A DNA stretch of 64,000 bases from Lytechinus pictus (GCF_037042905.1 NC_087246.1:8124001-8188000); one strand, 5' to 3'. Counted from the first letter of the stretch, positions 11,708 to 39,100 are shown. Notes: generated by a model not told the origin, from the letters alone. Numbers and translations are program-made.

Positions 11708-12639
11708 TCATGATGGATTCTTCTGGTCCAGCTTTGGGTCCAAGACCAAACTTCAGCCAACATCAGTTAATCTGTTGCCTTTGGGAACCAGGTGCTCCTT
11801 GCACAAAGTCATTGAGAATATAAAAAAAATCAGTAAGCAACATATTAAGGGAATATGATGCATTAAGCAATAAATCATGATTTGCATAACATATAAATGT
11901 AAATGAAGATTCATTGGCCCTTCTTTGGCTGATCAGATTTCGAAAAAACCTAATCCAATAAACTTTAGTTAAAGCTTTTACATACAGCGCACGTTCAAAA
12001 CAAAGTTCTTGACATCCTGAATGCTTGCCAGAGGTTTGCTGACATACCAACAACTAATGTATGCAAAGTGAACTCAAAGTGAACTCAATCTGTTTGAACA
12101 GATAATAAGTAAAATCAGACAAACACTGACAATTTCATCAAGGAATAACAATATAATGAAATTTTAAATGTTTGCATTAATTTGATGAAGCAGTTGTATA
12201 TGATACAATGAAACGCCTGGTGATGTCATATCCCCACTTATTCTGTTGTATTTTATTATTTGAAATTCTAATTCAAATTTTGTCTTGAAAGAATAGAAAA
12301 AAATGTTTTACTATTGACTTAATGTGTAAGATAACACTGTCACACTATTTTGTCAAAGGGGAAACATATCATACACTCGTGTATGAAAATAGGGAATTAT
12401 TATAAGAATGGGGACATGATGTTATCAGTTCACCTATTGCTTTTTCATGATGGTAGGCATATGGTTTCACAAAATAGGCCTACTGTTAAGCTTCAAAATT
12501 CAATGACTTTGTAATTTGTTATCAGATTTTGATGAATTTTTCAGCATTTTGCTCAGTGAATTTTATATATTTTAGGTGTATTAATTTCAGCCCGATGTAC
12601 ACATTTAATGAGTACTAACATGCTAAAGGGCAAACTTAT

Positions 12640-12915
12640 AATATAATAATAATAATAAAGGTATATTTACCCAGGATAGCCACTTCAGTTCCGAAAACTG
12701 TTCTCCCAGCGGGCCCTGCTATTACCCGGCTAAGCTAGGCTACCTATTCGGTGCACACAGCTTTTTTGAGGAATTACTTCCTGCCGGTACCCATTTACCT
12801 CACCTGGGTCCAGTGCAGCACACTGTGGATGAATTCCTTGCTGAAGGAAATTACGCCATGGCTGGGATTTGAACCCACAACCCTCTGTTTCAAAGTCCGG
12901 AGACTAATCCACTGA
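12640..12915 (-). mobile_element. tRNA-derived SINE
   Basis: On the - strand: tRNA-like head with B-box GGGTTCAAATCCC (12876-12864), a central CCCAGGTGAGGTAAATGGGTACCGG core typical of conserved-domain SINEs, and a (TTA)n tail at about 12640-12657. Confidence 0.8.
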
Positions 12916-13189
12916 AATCCATTGAAAAGGAATATTCCTCGTGGGGGGTTGAGGAGTGTCTGACACCCTTTTGGCTTATATTCTTGTAAAAAAAATGTTT
13001 TAAAAATGTTTGTATTATTGTATGCTGTATGTATAGGAAATTGAAGAAATCCTGAAGGGGGGGGGGGAGAAAAGTGAAATTTGGACCCTTTTGGCTGTTA
13101 TTTTTGTACAAATTTGTAATAATGAACAATAATAATAATAGTAATATTGATAATAACAACAACAAGGATAATAATAACAAGAAAATTCT

Positions 13190-13410
13190 CATTCACCAAG
13201 GGTAGCCACTTCATCTCTTGTGGACTGTTCTCTCAGCGAGCCCTGCAAACATTTTATTGTTATTATTACCCTTCTCTAGTCTAATAGTAATACATCAAGA
13301 GCCTGACAAGAAGGCAGAAGGCCCCATTTTTAAAGTCTTTGGTATGACTAGGCTGGGATCGAACCCACAAACTGCTGTTCATGAGGTGGACCCTCTATCA
13401 CTTTGCCACC
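13190..13410 (-). mobile_element. Second, degenerate tRNA-derived SINE
   Basis: B-box GGGTTCGATCCC (13366-13355) followed by AGTCATACCAAAGACTTTAAAAATGG. Its 3' segment (+ strand AGCCACTTCA..CTGTTCTC.CAGCG.GCCCTGC) is shared with the SINE at 12640-12915. Confidence 0.65.
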
Positions 13411-14269
13411 AAATTCTGATCATGTAGTCTGTAGTAATGTAATGTAATTTAATAATTTGTCCATACAATTTTGCTCTAAGGAAATATATGATGACATGTT
13501 TTCAATTGATTGTCACTTCTTAGTCCACTTTAGTTGCTCACAAGGTTTTTTAATAGTGCAATCACATAACATTTCAACTTGCTGTTTGAATTTTATGCCG
13601 ATAATGAGAAGGACCTTGGTCAATCATTCCTTCATTAATTCCAGCCATGACAATGATCATGTAAAGGATTTTTACAGAGTCCAATGAATTAAGTGCCCAA
13701 ATTCATGCTGGTAAAATAACTAATAAAAGTTGTAATAAAATAGTTAAAATTCTGTATGTCGGCCTTTTGGAGAACCCTTCCTGAAAAGGAATGATATTGA
13801 TTGATTTAGAACTATTAGTAAACATCGAAAATTCTGCCTCATTAAGCAACAGAGAGTTGGTATAAATGTATCACTCTTTGCATTATCAATCATTCCATGA
13901 AATTTTATAATTCAATCTACTTGAAACTGTTGTAAGAAGATTGTGCTATTTTTTTTTAGAGAAGGTTGTACAATGCAGGTATTATGATTTGTTGTTTAAG
14001 TTGTATGCTTAAGAAAATAAAGAGGATTGAATGTACAATAGAAATTACTCAATAAAATGCTTATAATGTATTTGGCTTTCCTGTTGTTTCTTTTGATACT
14101 TTCTGGAAAATCGTGTATGTTGATAATGTTAGAATACTACATGCTGTGCATATTAAAGTAAAGATAATCAGAATTTAGATTGCTAATTTGAAGTCTAATT
14201 TGAAATAATCATTGAATATTACAATTTACATTTACCATTTATAAAAATGAAAGAGCAACTCTTTATCAT

Positions 14270-15000
14270 TTTTTGTCTCACCTGAAGAAAGATTGGCAGA
14301 GACCTAGTAATCACTTTTCCTGTTGGTCAGTTAGTCTGTTCCAAAATGTTAAAGTATTTGGTTCAACTTGCTCTCATTTCTTAATTCCTGCATAAATTAT
14401 TATCACACTTGGTACGTATGATCCTTGGGTAATGCAACATGTGTGTCCATGATGATGATGTGGGGACAAAGGTCATCTAGGGGTCAAAGTGTAAACTGAT
14501 ATGAGGTTTTGTCCATCCTTTAAATTTTTTTTTTGCAACTTGTTCTCATTTCTTTATTTCTGTGTCAATTTTTATTACACTTGGTTCAAATGATCATCGG
14601 GAAGTACCATGTGTGTGTGTTGTTGAGGATGATGAGGTCAAAGGTCATGTAAGGGTCAAAAGGTCAAGATTTTGTTCAAACTGCTCTAATTTCTTTATTT
14701 CTGCATCAATTATGTTTACAGTTGGTACAAATAATCCTTGGATAATACTACATGTGTGTTGTTCAGAATGATGGTGTCAAAGGTCATCTAATGGTGAAAA
14801 TTGAAAAGGTCAAGTTTTTGTTTAAATTGCTCTCGTTTCTTTATTCCCGCATCAATCATGTTTACATTTGGTACAAATTATCCTTGGGTAATTATACCAC
14901 ATGTGTGTTGTTGAGGATGATGGGTCGAAGGTCATCTAGGGGTCATAAGATCATATTGCATATTTTATTGATCACAAATCATTCGAGACTCCTGGTTCTT
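14270..15000. repeat. Degenerate interspersed repeat with several ~120-170-bp internal units carrying GGTCAAAGGTCA motifs
   Basis: Repeated blocks ACTTGGTACA...ATCCTTGGGTAAT...GATGATG...AAAGGTCATCTAGGGGTCA. Family not identified. Confidence 0.55.
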
Positions 15001-17914
15001 GAACCACTTTGTATTGATACATTACTTGCACCACTCACACCATGCATGAATGAATAGATTGATTGGAAGACAAGTTACAGATTCCATTTTCAAGTTGTTG
15101 TTTTTTTTGGCGAAGTTAAAGAAAATTGATCAGTCTTAGAGCCGGGAACAGCAATTATTTTAGCCTTGGTACGTTCAAAAGGGCTATTCAACATTCAAAT
15201 TGATCATGTCCATTGACAAAGAAATCACTCAAGGTCTCGGCTGAGGCATCAGTGAAAATTTCATTTACATTTAAGCCTTGCCCTTATTTACCAAAACTTT
15301 GGGGGGAAAATGAATTCGAACTTAACGTCATCAGCACCAAGTAGTTGAGTCAAGTGTGGTGTGAGGGGTACAAGTTGGGTATAATTAATGAAAAAACGGA
15401 AGTTATTCTTTTGTATTAATATCTGAATATTATCCCTAAAAATTTGTATACGCACCATATGATAATTCGACTTGGTGCCATTGGACTAAACATAACCCTC
15501 TTTGATGAGGAGAATGATGGGGAGATTCTTTGCATTAGGGTAGAGAGAAATAGGGGGAGGGCACTGGAAGAAAGAGAGACTAAAGCATGGACAATTAAGT
15601 GTAGAGGGTGGAGATAAGGAGAGATAGAAGGGAATTGAACGAGAAGGGTAAAGAGAAGGCCGTCGGGAATTGTGCAAATAGGAGAAAAATGGATATAGGT
15701 TATTGCATAGCTTGAAAAAGAACGATGATGCCGATATACCAAAGATACTGCAATAAAGAGAGAGAGAAACTGTTCACTCTGATGTTTTCCCCGTTTAGGA
15801 AGTAAAATATCCCTTTGGTATTGATCTACCATAACAAGTATTCGTTTGATAAACTATTCATTTTTGTTTTTGCAAATGGTAGACATCAATGCCACCTTAC
15901 ACTAACGCCTGGCCTACGTCCCGAATTTGGAATAAAATGTTTTAACAATTGATGAGATGATTAAACCATGGAACTAATGTCCAAGGTTCTGAATCGCCCT
16001 CATGACTGAAAATAAATTTATACCGCTCAAATTATCATTATGTCTATACTAGGTATATACAAGCGAATTAATTTCGCTGGGATTCGATTCAGAATCGTAT
16101 ACAAAGTTGTCAGGCTGTGCCTAAGATAATTAACCAATATTCTGTGAACTAAAGACTTGTTATAACATTTTGATATTAGTTTAGCTGATAACCAGCCAAG
16201 ACAAATCTACATGTGTGTATTACTAAAAAATGCTAAATATGCAGTTTCTTCAACAAAAAAGGGGGTAATTACTTGTCTCGACCAATCGTAGATATGCCGC
16301 GCGGTGTAGGGGCCGTTCGGGGAGTACTTATTATGATACATAATATCATATGCCAATTTCAATCCATGCAACGGTCCGAAACAGATCTTTATGCAGAGTA
16401 TTCATTTTACGGCAATCATTTGTCAGAAAGAGCAATTCTGGAAGTCCAAAATTTAGAGTTTTTGGTGCTGCACATACCCGGGGTTACTTCCATTAACGAG
16501 TGGATACATTACGTGACCAAAGAAGCACGTAAAGAGGATTCTTTTACTTATACCTTTTCTTATGTTATTACATGAAATCATAATTTTTTCATACATGTGT
16601 GAATGATAATGTCTCCCTGGTAATGAAATGAGTATATTGCAGATATATCTAATGCACTTCATCAGTTGTTATTCCAATATTTTTGGTTCTTGAAGGAAAA
16701 AAATTGAACAAACCTAATTTCATATAATAAAATACAATGGGATATAAGACAATTAAAGACATCATCAGTTTACTCATTGAATATTCATGAAGACATGCCT
16801 AGAACTGTTTCACCCGAATAATGCAAATAAATTTTAAAATGCCATAACTTTTTTATATTCCTCGATCGTCCGATTTTGATCAAAATTTTCAGCGTTTTGT
16901 TTGTCTGATTTTTCTTAATCTGTTCAAATCATATATTTTCAGCCTGGATCAGAAATACGTACCCCTTAGCTAAGGGGGTGCATTTTTATGGAATTTTCGA
17001 AAAGGGTGCTTTTCGTAAATCCCATTAGGTAATGGCGTTGGTGTTGGAAGCACAATTTTGATTGCTTCCCCTAGCTCGCGATCCAAAACCTATTCTGAGT
17101 TTGTAAAACTGAACCTGAATCCCGGGACCTGAATATACTAGATCACGTACATTATTGACATCTCGACACTTTTCATGCAGGACCATCTTCATTTTATGTT
17201 GGGTGTTATACTCGTGTAAAAATGACCTAACACCAAAACCAAAAGGTCAACACTGAACTTGAAATGGAGTTGTCCCTGATTCCTTGAAATCACCCATGGT
17301 CACGCAAGCGTGGTATCCATTCGAAGTGCCCCCCCCCCCCACCCTCGCGGCCTGCGTAACGGTTTTGGAAGTTTTGCAAGCTCGGATACCGGTACATATC
17401 AGCCGAATAGAGTCGAGCGCACGGGTATTCGACTTAATCCGAACCAAATTGCAAAATTCTGAATTCCTCGTCATGGTCATGGAGACTGGACGCAGTTACA
17501 TTTTTTGTGGACGAAACAAGCTCCCATTCTGATTAACATTATTAACGTTGACTGGCAATCGAATACAAACGGGTGAGAATAATGTAAGCTTTGTCGATTT
17601 TGTTCTTGTTTCACTCTATCTTTCGCTTTTTAGGCAATCTAATCCAGCGCACTTGTATTAGTTGTAAGACTTAAGGTTAAGCGGGAATCAAGTCCCACAT
17701 GTGCATTTTCTTGTGAGTAACAACATTAGTATGAATCTATGAATATGATTAATATGATGATGGTGGGCCCAAAGTCTGGGCACCTAACGATTTGAGTTAA
17801 GATTTAACATGAATTTCTCTTTAATTCACAAAATCTTTCAGTTTATAATGTTCCTTACATCATTGGGAGTTAGTGTGCCAAAACAAATGTCAGGCCCAGG
17901 GACCTGAGTCTGAG

Positions 17915-17959
17915 TAACCCAGAGAGCTCCGGCCCGCGTAGCCGGAGCTCTCTGGGTTA
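17915..17959. mobile_element. 45-bp palindromic micro-element with 19-bp TIRs and 9-bp TSD
   Basis: TAACCCAGAGAGCTCCGGC-ccgcgta-GCCGGAGCTCTCTGGGTTA, flanked by GAGTCTGAG at 17906-17914 and 17960-17968. Confidence 0.85.
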
Positions 17960-19211
17960 GAGTCTGAGAAGCGGGGGTGCTGGGCCTGGGGCGGTGCTGA
18001 AGCACTCCTAGTACCAATGAGGTCCAAACATTACATGTATGGACCTCATAGGCGACATCAGTAGTATTTTTGGTTAGAAATCTCTGAGAACAGGATATTT
18101 CTATATTATATCACAAGTACAAGCTATATTCCTTTCTCTTATTTAAATTATAATTTTATAGTGTAAATGCATCGTTAGCAACAACAAAAAATGAAAGAAA
18201 TGAAGGGGAACTTACATTTTCACGGCTTTTTCCTGATTTTCTGGGCAGTTGCTCTTCACTTCTGACTCGCGATCCAAGCTGATATGAAGATCACGTGATT
18301 CGCGTTCTCGTCAGCTGATCGGTTGATTATTCTTTTTGTCAGACGTTAATAATTATATTTTATAATGCTAGCATTCATCGCTAATTTAGGTGAAAGAGAT
18401 TGAAGTTAAACAGCGCCAGGTCGGAATCATAATTATTTTGGAAGAGTGTATTTATACACTCGATCTCATACCTGACGTAGACGGCGCTATTCAACAAATG
18501 CACAATCTTCAATATAAAAAATAAAACAGAAAGAACGCCTTGAACACAGGCCAAAATGCCTAACGATTTCTCCGCGGCATTAACAACTATCGTAAAGGGC
18601 GCTCCATTTATTAATAAAGATGGACGTATAGCTGTCTATGGCGACAAAATTTGCCGCAAATATTTACGAAGAATTGTGAGAAATGGTCTGAAAATGCAAC
18701 AAAAGAACCGGTGAGTACCGATTAAACATTATCAATTTATTTAATAGAACATATTTTATGACTACAATTTAACAATTTCTAGATAATATTGCTTAGTTCT
18801 AAGCTAGGGCGGCCCAAATGTAAACAAAGGAAATTGGACTCCAAAACTGGAGACTGTCTCTGAAATTGGATACCCAAATTCTTTACAAAAGTATCTGATA
18901 TTGGAGATAATCTCCCACATTTGAGACAGTCTCCAATATTGGCCGTGCGCCTCTACTGGTCATAGTCTTTCACATGTTCCAATAACATCCCTCCTATATA
19001 ACGCGACTCAATCGAGCTCCAGCGGGGCAGCACTCTGATACAGACGTAGTCGCGTGCAATACGTGATACACACTGGGGTGGTTGGACTTGAAACTTCCAG
19101 GTTTAATGTCGAATCAAGTGAGCGCGCGCCCGACCGCCCGTGTATTGTATACAAAAATTACAAGTAATAGAAATCAAATTTCACAGTCTTTTTCACCCTG
19201 CCCCATGGCCC

Positions 19212-20792
19212 TACGGGCTGGGAAGCAGGGGTGCTGTGGGTGAAGCACCCCCAAAATTTGGGGGTGCTGCGTGTGTTATTTTCCATATATATAGGCAGCG
19301 CACCTCCTGAAAATCTAGTGGTAGGTATGATAAATAAATGTAATTTTCCAACACATTACTTGAAATAGTGTTTAAATTCACCCTCTTTCAGATCGGAATA
19401 TCAAATGTTTTCTGCTCGCGCTTCGCGCTCGCATTATTGATTTTTATCATAAAAAATGTATTTAGAATGCCCAGATACTATAGGTGTAACTCTAAACATG
19501 CGCACGCATATTTAATAGGTGGGCTGATGCTGTCACATCCCCACTATCCTAGCTGTTCCTTGTGGAATCAAAATTGTTTCATTTTTTTCATACCAGAATG
19601 AATGATATGTCTCCCTTATAATGAAATAAGTTGCAGCAAAGAATATCTAATGGAATAAATCAGTTGTCAATTCAACTGTTTTGGTTCTTGATAGGAAAAT
19701 ATTGAATAAACCTAATTTTATATGATAAAATACAAAAGAACAAGTGGGGAATAATGCTAATCTTTAAAATGCAACAACTGTGATTCCTTGTCTGATTTTG
19801 ATCAAATCTTTATTCTTATGTTCGTCTGAGTTTTCTTTATCTGTTCAAACCATTTTACATTCAGTGTGGAGTTTCAGATCAGAATATCAAAAATTTTCTG
19901 CTCGCGCTTCGCGCTCACATTAATTTAAGAATATATCCAATTACCCATCATTTTCTTGATTTACAAAACATGAATAGAATGTCCCGTTTTCAGGTCTGAA
20001 ATCTCAATTTTGTTTCCGCTCGCGCTTTGCGCTGGCATCAATATTATTGTATAGTTATATACCTATCCTGTTCATGATTGGAAAAGTGCATAAGAATGAT
20101 GCCTCGTTTTTAGGTTTGAAATCTCATTTTTATTTCCCCTCGCGCTCGCATCAATTGTATAGTTTTATACCTATCCTCATCATGATTAGAAAAGTACTTA
20201 GAATCTCTCGTTTTTTTGGTCTGAAATCTCAATTTTGTTTCCGCTCGCGCTTTGCGCTCGCATCAATTGTAAATATACCTATCCTGCTCATAATTAAAAA
20301 ACGTGCTTAGAATGTCCAGTATTTAGGTCGGAATGTCAAATTTTTCAGTTCGCGCTCGCATTATTTGATTGTTGATATATGTATCGTCTTCAACGGTAAC
20401 TGCAAAACAGTCCTTATATAACACGTCCCTTTCGATCAGGCCAGAGCGTATATAAAAAAATATCTGCTCGCGCTCACAATTATTATTTGTTACATACGCA
20501 TCTTTGACCACAAACATTGCTCAAAATGTTCAATTTTCAGGACAAAATACATGAAATTTCCACAAAAAATAGCCCGCGCTTCGCGCTCGAATTATCTAAT
20601 TATATATTTATGTTCTTTTATAAGAAGAAAGCCAAGAAGTGACTGTCATATTTATGTATATTTATATATGTGTGTGTGTGTGGTATGTGTGTGTGTAATT
20701 ATGTTAAACTCAATTGTGTCTGTCCCCCCCCCCCCCCACCTCTGAGGAGAGATTTCAGCACCCCCACTGAAAAAATCGTTCCCAGGTCCCTG
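19212..20792. mobile_element. Non-autonomous DNA transposon with internal CTCGCGCTTCGCGCTCGC repeats, plus a nested MITE fragment
   Basis: Ends carry GGGGTGCTG / CAGCACCCCC...CCCAGGTCCCTG, and the CTCGCGCT motif recurs many times. The left boundary is uncertain. Confidence 0.5.
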
Positions 20793-22931
20793 CCAAATGT
20801 CTAATAAAAATTTGAAAGAAATATGATTTTCTTGGAAAAGACCTCGCCTCGGCCTCGGGCATGGTTAGCCTGGAGGCTTCTGGGGAGTAAAAGTCATCTA
20901 CTATATGTAGGCTTACTCCCTCATGAAGCCTGGCGCGGCTATCTATACCTGGCTGTAGAGGCCAGGATTTCCAATGGTGAAACTTGACCTAAATCACCAA
21001 TTTTACTTATTGTTTTGCGCCCAAACTAACGTACATGGGCCAATTTTATGTTTATTCCCAGTTACTATTAATGTTCCTAATTTTCATTGAATAAATAGTC
21101 GTAAAATTGAAAAAAATTAAGAGCACGAGCGTTCACTTACCCAGTCTGTTTACGTCGCCATTTTGACTGTCTTTTGTTATCGATACCTAGATACCACACG
21201 CGTGCAGAGCTGCAACTTAGATTAAAAAAAATACTTGCATCGGCCAATAAATATCACGATTCGTAAAATATTTGTTTCGGTTGATAAATATCATAAAGTA
21301 ATTAATATGATATTTATTGACCAAAACAAATATTTTACAATTCCTGATATCTATCGGCCAATGCAAGTATTTTTTAAAATCCAAGTTGGCAGCTCTACAG
21401 CGTTTCCACAGAAAAAGCGCCTTGAACTGAAATGATTGGTTGAATAAAAGTTTGTTGACCATAAACAAAAGCTGTCATATGTTGTTGGATTGTAAACAAA
21501 ACTTGATTGGCTGTTCAGAAGTCTATAAGGCATGGAGCTTTGGAATGCGCGTACATGTCAAAAAGTATTACAAAGCAGGAAATGTTTGTACGCTTAAAAT
21601 ATGTGAAAACATGTCATTTACAAAGGTGAATGGACTTTATAGAAAATGAAGTTCTGTATAATTTGAAGAAAATGTGAAGTTGCTACAACTGTTAATCATC
21701 ATCAGCATCGTCTTCAAAGACATTTCAACTCGTTACAGTGACTCATGCTTCATTACAGTGACTCATGCTTCAACATCAATTTCATCATCGCCATCATTGT
21801 GAACTTTAATTTAAGGAATCTTCGCCAACCAACTTGGATTTTATCTGGATTTAATACAGGACTATCATAACTTTTGATTGCACATCTAACTCTTCAAGAG
21901 ATTTAAGATCATAGATCAATCATACACTAAACAAAAAAAAAAAAAATTGTTTTGTTTAGTGTATGATTGATCTATTTCCTGTAATAAAAAAGGAAATCAA
22001 ATTTAAAACTAAATTTTCATTGTTATTTGTTGCAGTATCGTAACAATTTATGACATGTTTACGGTTTGGAATGAGCACACAACCACAACAGATTTCTATG
22101 TAGTGGAAGTGTTGTGTTGTAGTAGTTCTGACTTTCTTTACTTTGTGGAGCAATGCATACATATTTCAATGTACCAGATCCTGATTTATAATAAGATAGT
22201 GGCAATAAATCTTAAATGTTAAAGACTTTATGAAATAATTGTTTGCTGCAATTACTTTCTTTTACCTTTAAAAGTTTTGGTATTAAGGTCAAATCCATCA
22301 ACAATACTTCACCATTGACCTTATTTTTATTCTTTTGACAGTTTCGTGATATTAATCTCTATTATGTGGAAATACTATGGTCTTTCCTTCTGCTCTTTTT
22401 TTAATTGTCATTTTGCCTGTCAGTTAAGATGAAATGCTTTCGTGTTTTGTTCTGTACTTAATCAATCAGATCAGGAAGTACCTGAAAGCAATGGAGGGGG
22501 GGGGGGGGGGTTCCAATTTGTTAATCCTGGATTAAAATTAGAGTTTACAATAGACAGAACTAAACAATCACAAGTGACATAGATCCTGAATACGCTTTAC
22601 TTGGTAATCTAGTCTCCTCTTGGGAATGGATCAAATACTCAGTGATTTTAACTGTCTGTTTTTCTATGAGCCAAACCCATGTAAGAATTTCAGTAGCTTA
22701 TAACAATAACCAGTGGAAGTCACTGATTCTTTTTTTACATGAATGCTTCCCTGCTGCCAGGCTGGCTATTGAATAACGAAAACTCTAGTTGAAATTGAGA
22801 TTCTCTTTAGTACTCGGACCTCTTGCAGAGGATAATTTTTGTATTGATATTCCATGTAACATGGCGACAGTGAAGACCTACTGTACATGTGTATATTGGT
22901 AATCTGTTGATTTTTTTTTCTAGCTCGATAG

Positions 22932-36120
<13,189 letters not shown>

Positions 36121-39100
36121 TATTCATTATGGTTCCAATGGTAGATTTTGAATTGGATTGAAATGTTGATATGGTCATACAGCTTATTATTAGTTTACTA
36201 TAAGAGAAAATTGTTTTTCTAATTTCCATCCTGATTTATATTTACTGATGTGTATTAATTTCCACTATGAGGAGGATAAGAGTGTTAGGACCTCAATTTT
36301 AAACATTTTTTGTAGTAAATTCCAACCAAATAAGTCAATTTCTAGGTCCCATAGTTCTCTTCACATGCCAAATATAATTGTTAGTGATAAAAGCTTGTAT
36401 CTGAACATGTCTGCCACAATGGTTTAGAAGACGTACTGCTGAGATAGGAGATGTTGATACCCCAGTTTCATGAAGCTGTTCATGAATTAACATCTTATGT
36501 ATGATAATGAATCATGCCTTGGTCAAGCGTTTGTGAACTAAGGCACTATAATCTCTGCAAATGAATTATCAACTTAAGCAGATGGGAATGTAGTATCTTC
36601 AAAAGATTTCACACTAAAAAACAAGGGAGCATTCCATCAATATTTGTCATCTGACCAGTCAGATCTGACATTATTCCTTGGTTATGATTGGCCGAAAGGC
36701 ACACGTGTCTTACTGTTACGATGGAAATGTTGGATAAAACAGACTTTGTTGAATACAATATCTGATAATTCCTTTCATGAAGTGCTCCCTGGTTCACCTA
36801 TCTTGTGTATGGTCAGGTACGACATATGATTAGCTTTACAACCCTAGTATCGATATTTGTTTATCACACATTCAAACTTATGTCATTAATTTTGAATAAA
36901 AAAATGGTTTTGTTTTTTTTTCCCCCAGAGATTTTCAAATTGTGAGTGTGAAAATGATTTACCCCAATTAAGCTACAGAATGGAAATACTTTCATGTTGG
37001 TGAGCAGATGATAAGTATTACTATTATTTCTTTAAAATAGTATTATCAATGGAGATAATTGCAGTTCTTTGTACAGATCACTGAGAATTTGTACCAACCA
37101 ATATTTATGAGGATTAATATGCATAGATTATCAATATGAAAGTTGTTTATTTATCTCTCAATGTTCTGTTTGATACTGATTACTAGGTTAAGAGTAAACA
37201 ATCACGAAGGCAAACCCAGATTGTGGGTATGACTGCTTTCCTTTCATTTCTACTTCGGGACTGTGTGAGGGTTTGTGTGTACTTGTGCAAGTTGTGAAAG
37301 TATTGCACTCGGTATTCAGTTTAAGTTTATAAGATTGGTAGAACAGACTTCACTTGTGGATGTGATGGGCAATTTGAAGTTCAACAATTTTCATTGATTT
37401 TTCTAGTATATCCTTGATTTAAAAAAAATGTTTTTATGTTGTCTATGGCTTCTTGAAAATTAATATGAATTAATGACCATTTTCATACGCTTTGCTTGCA
37501 AGAGATTACAAATAAGCAAAGCTCTTATTTTGTTTACAAAGGGACAATGAGTATAGCTTCTAGAATTATGTTGACACTAGATTTCCATAAGTTGATAGTA
37601 AACTGAAATAATTACTAAGATTAAATTAGACTACAGTACTTTGATTCTATTTCAGTGTATTCTTTCAATAATTTCTTAATAGTTACTGCATGATTGAATT
37701 TAGTATCAGTTAATCATTTAAGTAAGCTCAATATAAAATTTACTTGAATAGAGATGAATGACAAATTAATGCATGAATATTTAAAAGTATTTTGGTAATT
37801 ACTATCACCTTGAAATCACCTTGAAAATATATTTGCCTTATCTCTGCCCTTCACTATAACTTATTTTGGGACATGTTGTAGATAATCTTCCTATTTGGCA
37901 TAATTCATGATTTATAATAAAGACTTATGTGCGACCACATGCTTGTGTGGGAATTATTTTTCCAGGTAGAGATATACTGATATGAACTACTCTGGTCATG
38001 TTGATCGATACTGATTTTAGAGAGTAATGACAACTGGATCTGTTAACAACTATAAATCACATGGATACCACTTTAAACTCCTTCAATCATACCCAACTAG
38101 GTGCCCTCAGAAATACAGATTAGTATTTTCAAGTTGAATCAGAATTGTTTTTCTTTCTTTATTCACTCTCACAATGTTTACAAAGTCTCAATCTCTCTGG
38201 CATAGGCTGCACAGGTCATGAAAGCTGGGGGGTAACTTTTTCTCTGTCAAACATAAAGTGACCCTCCACTTTATTTTGTTTGAGACAGATCAGAAAATTA
38301 ATTGATATAATAAGATTCTGACAATTAGTCTAAAGGGATAGTAGTGTACACTGACAATATGGTGTACAATTACTGTAAGATGTGAATAATTGTGGCATGG
38401 TGCAGAGGTGCACCTATTGATAAGATATTGTTGGTATTTCTTAGAGCGATTTAATATGATTATTAATATATGAATAGAGTATATCTTCTGTCCAACTGTT
38501 GAAGCTAAGAGTTTTCATAGCTCTATTGGACATTATGTGTGAATGGTATATTTTGTAATTCTTGCAATAAAAATCTTGATTTGATTTTAGACATGTAATG
38601 AGCTCGTACTATTGTCATTGTGTCCCATCTGTATGTGTGCTAAATATAACAATACTTACAATCATAAATAAAACGACAGGTTTAAAGGTTTAGTTAAAGA
38701 GTTTATCTCACTCATCCAATGTCTATCAAATAAGAGAAGTATTGTGAAATTTTCAATCACACAATAGTACAACAATTCATTTGCCTTTTTGTAGTGCATG
38801 TAGTTTATTTCCATCGGTTTTGCAATTGAAGTCTTTTGAATTCACCATCTCATAATAAATATCGTTTTTTTTGTTTAGATTTTGATTGAGTTGAGAGATC
38901 CATGGCCAACATTTTTGTTATGCTGTACATAAGTTTATTGCTGGCAGGTATTTCTAGTTCTCTTTGTTTCTTGTCATTGGGGATGTTCCAAGTTAACTAC
39001 ATGGTATTTTTTGTAGGACTCAAGGAGTCTTGTATTGGGGAATTCTTGTGACATGGGTGTTATTGTCCTTACATTGCTGCATCTATATTTCATCATTATT

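Noticed and set aside
12860..12915. tRNA gene
   Set aside because: Truncated tRNA-like head continuous with a SINE body and tail; no complete cloverleaf.
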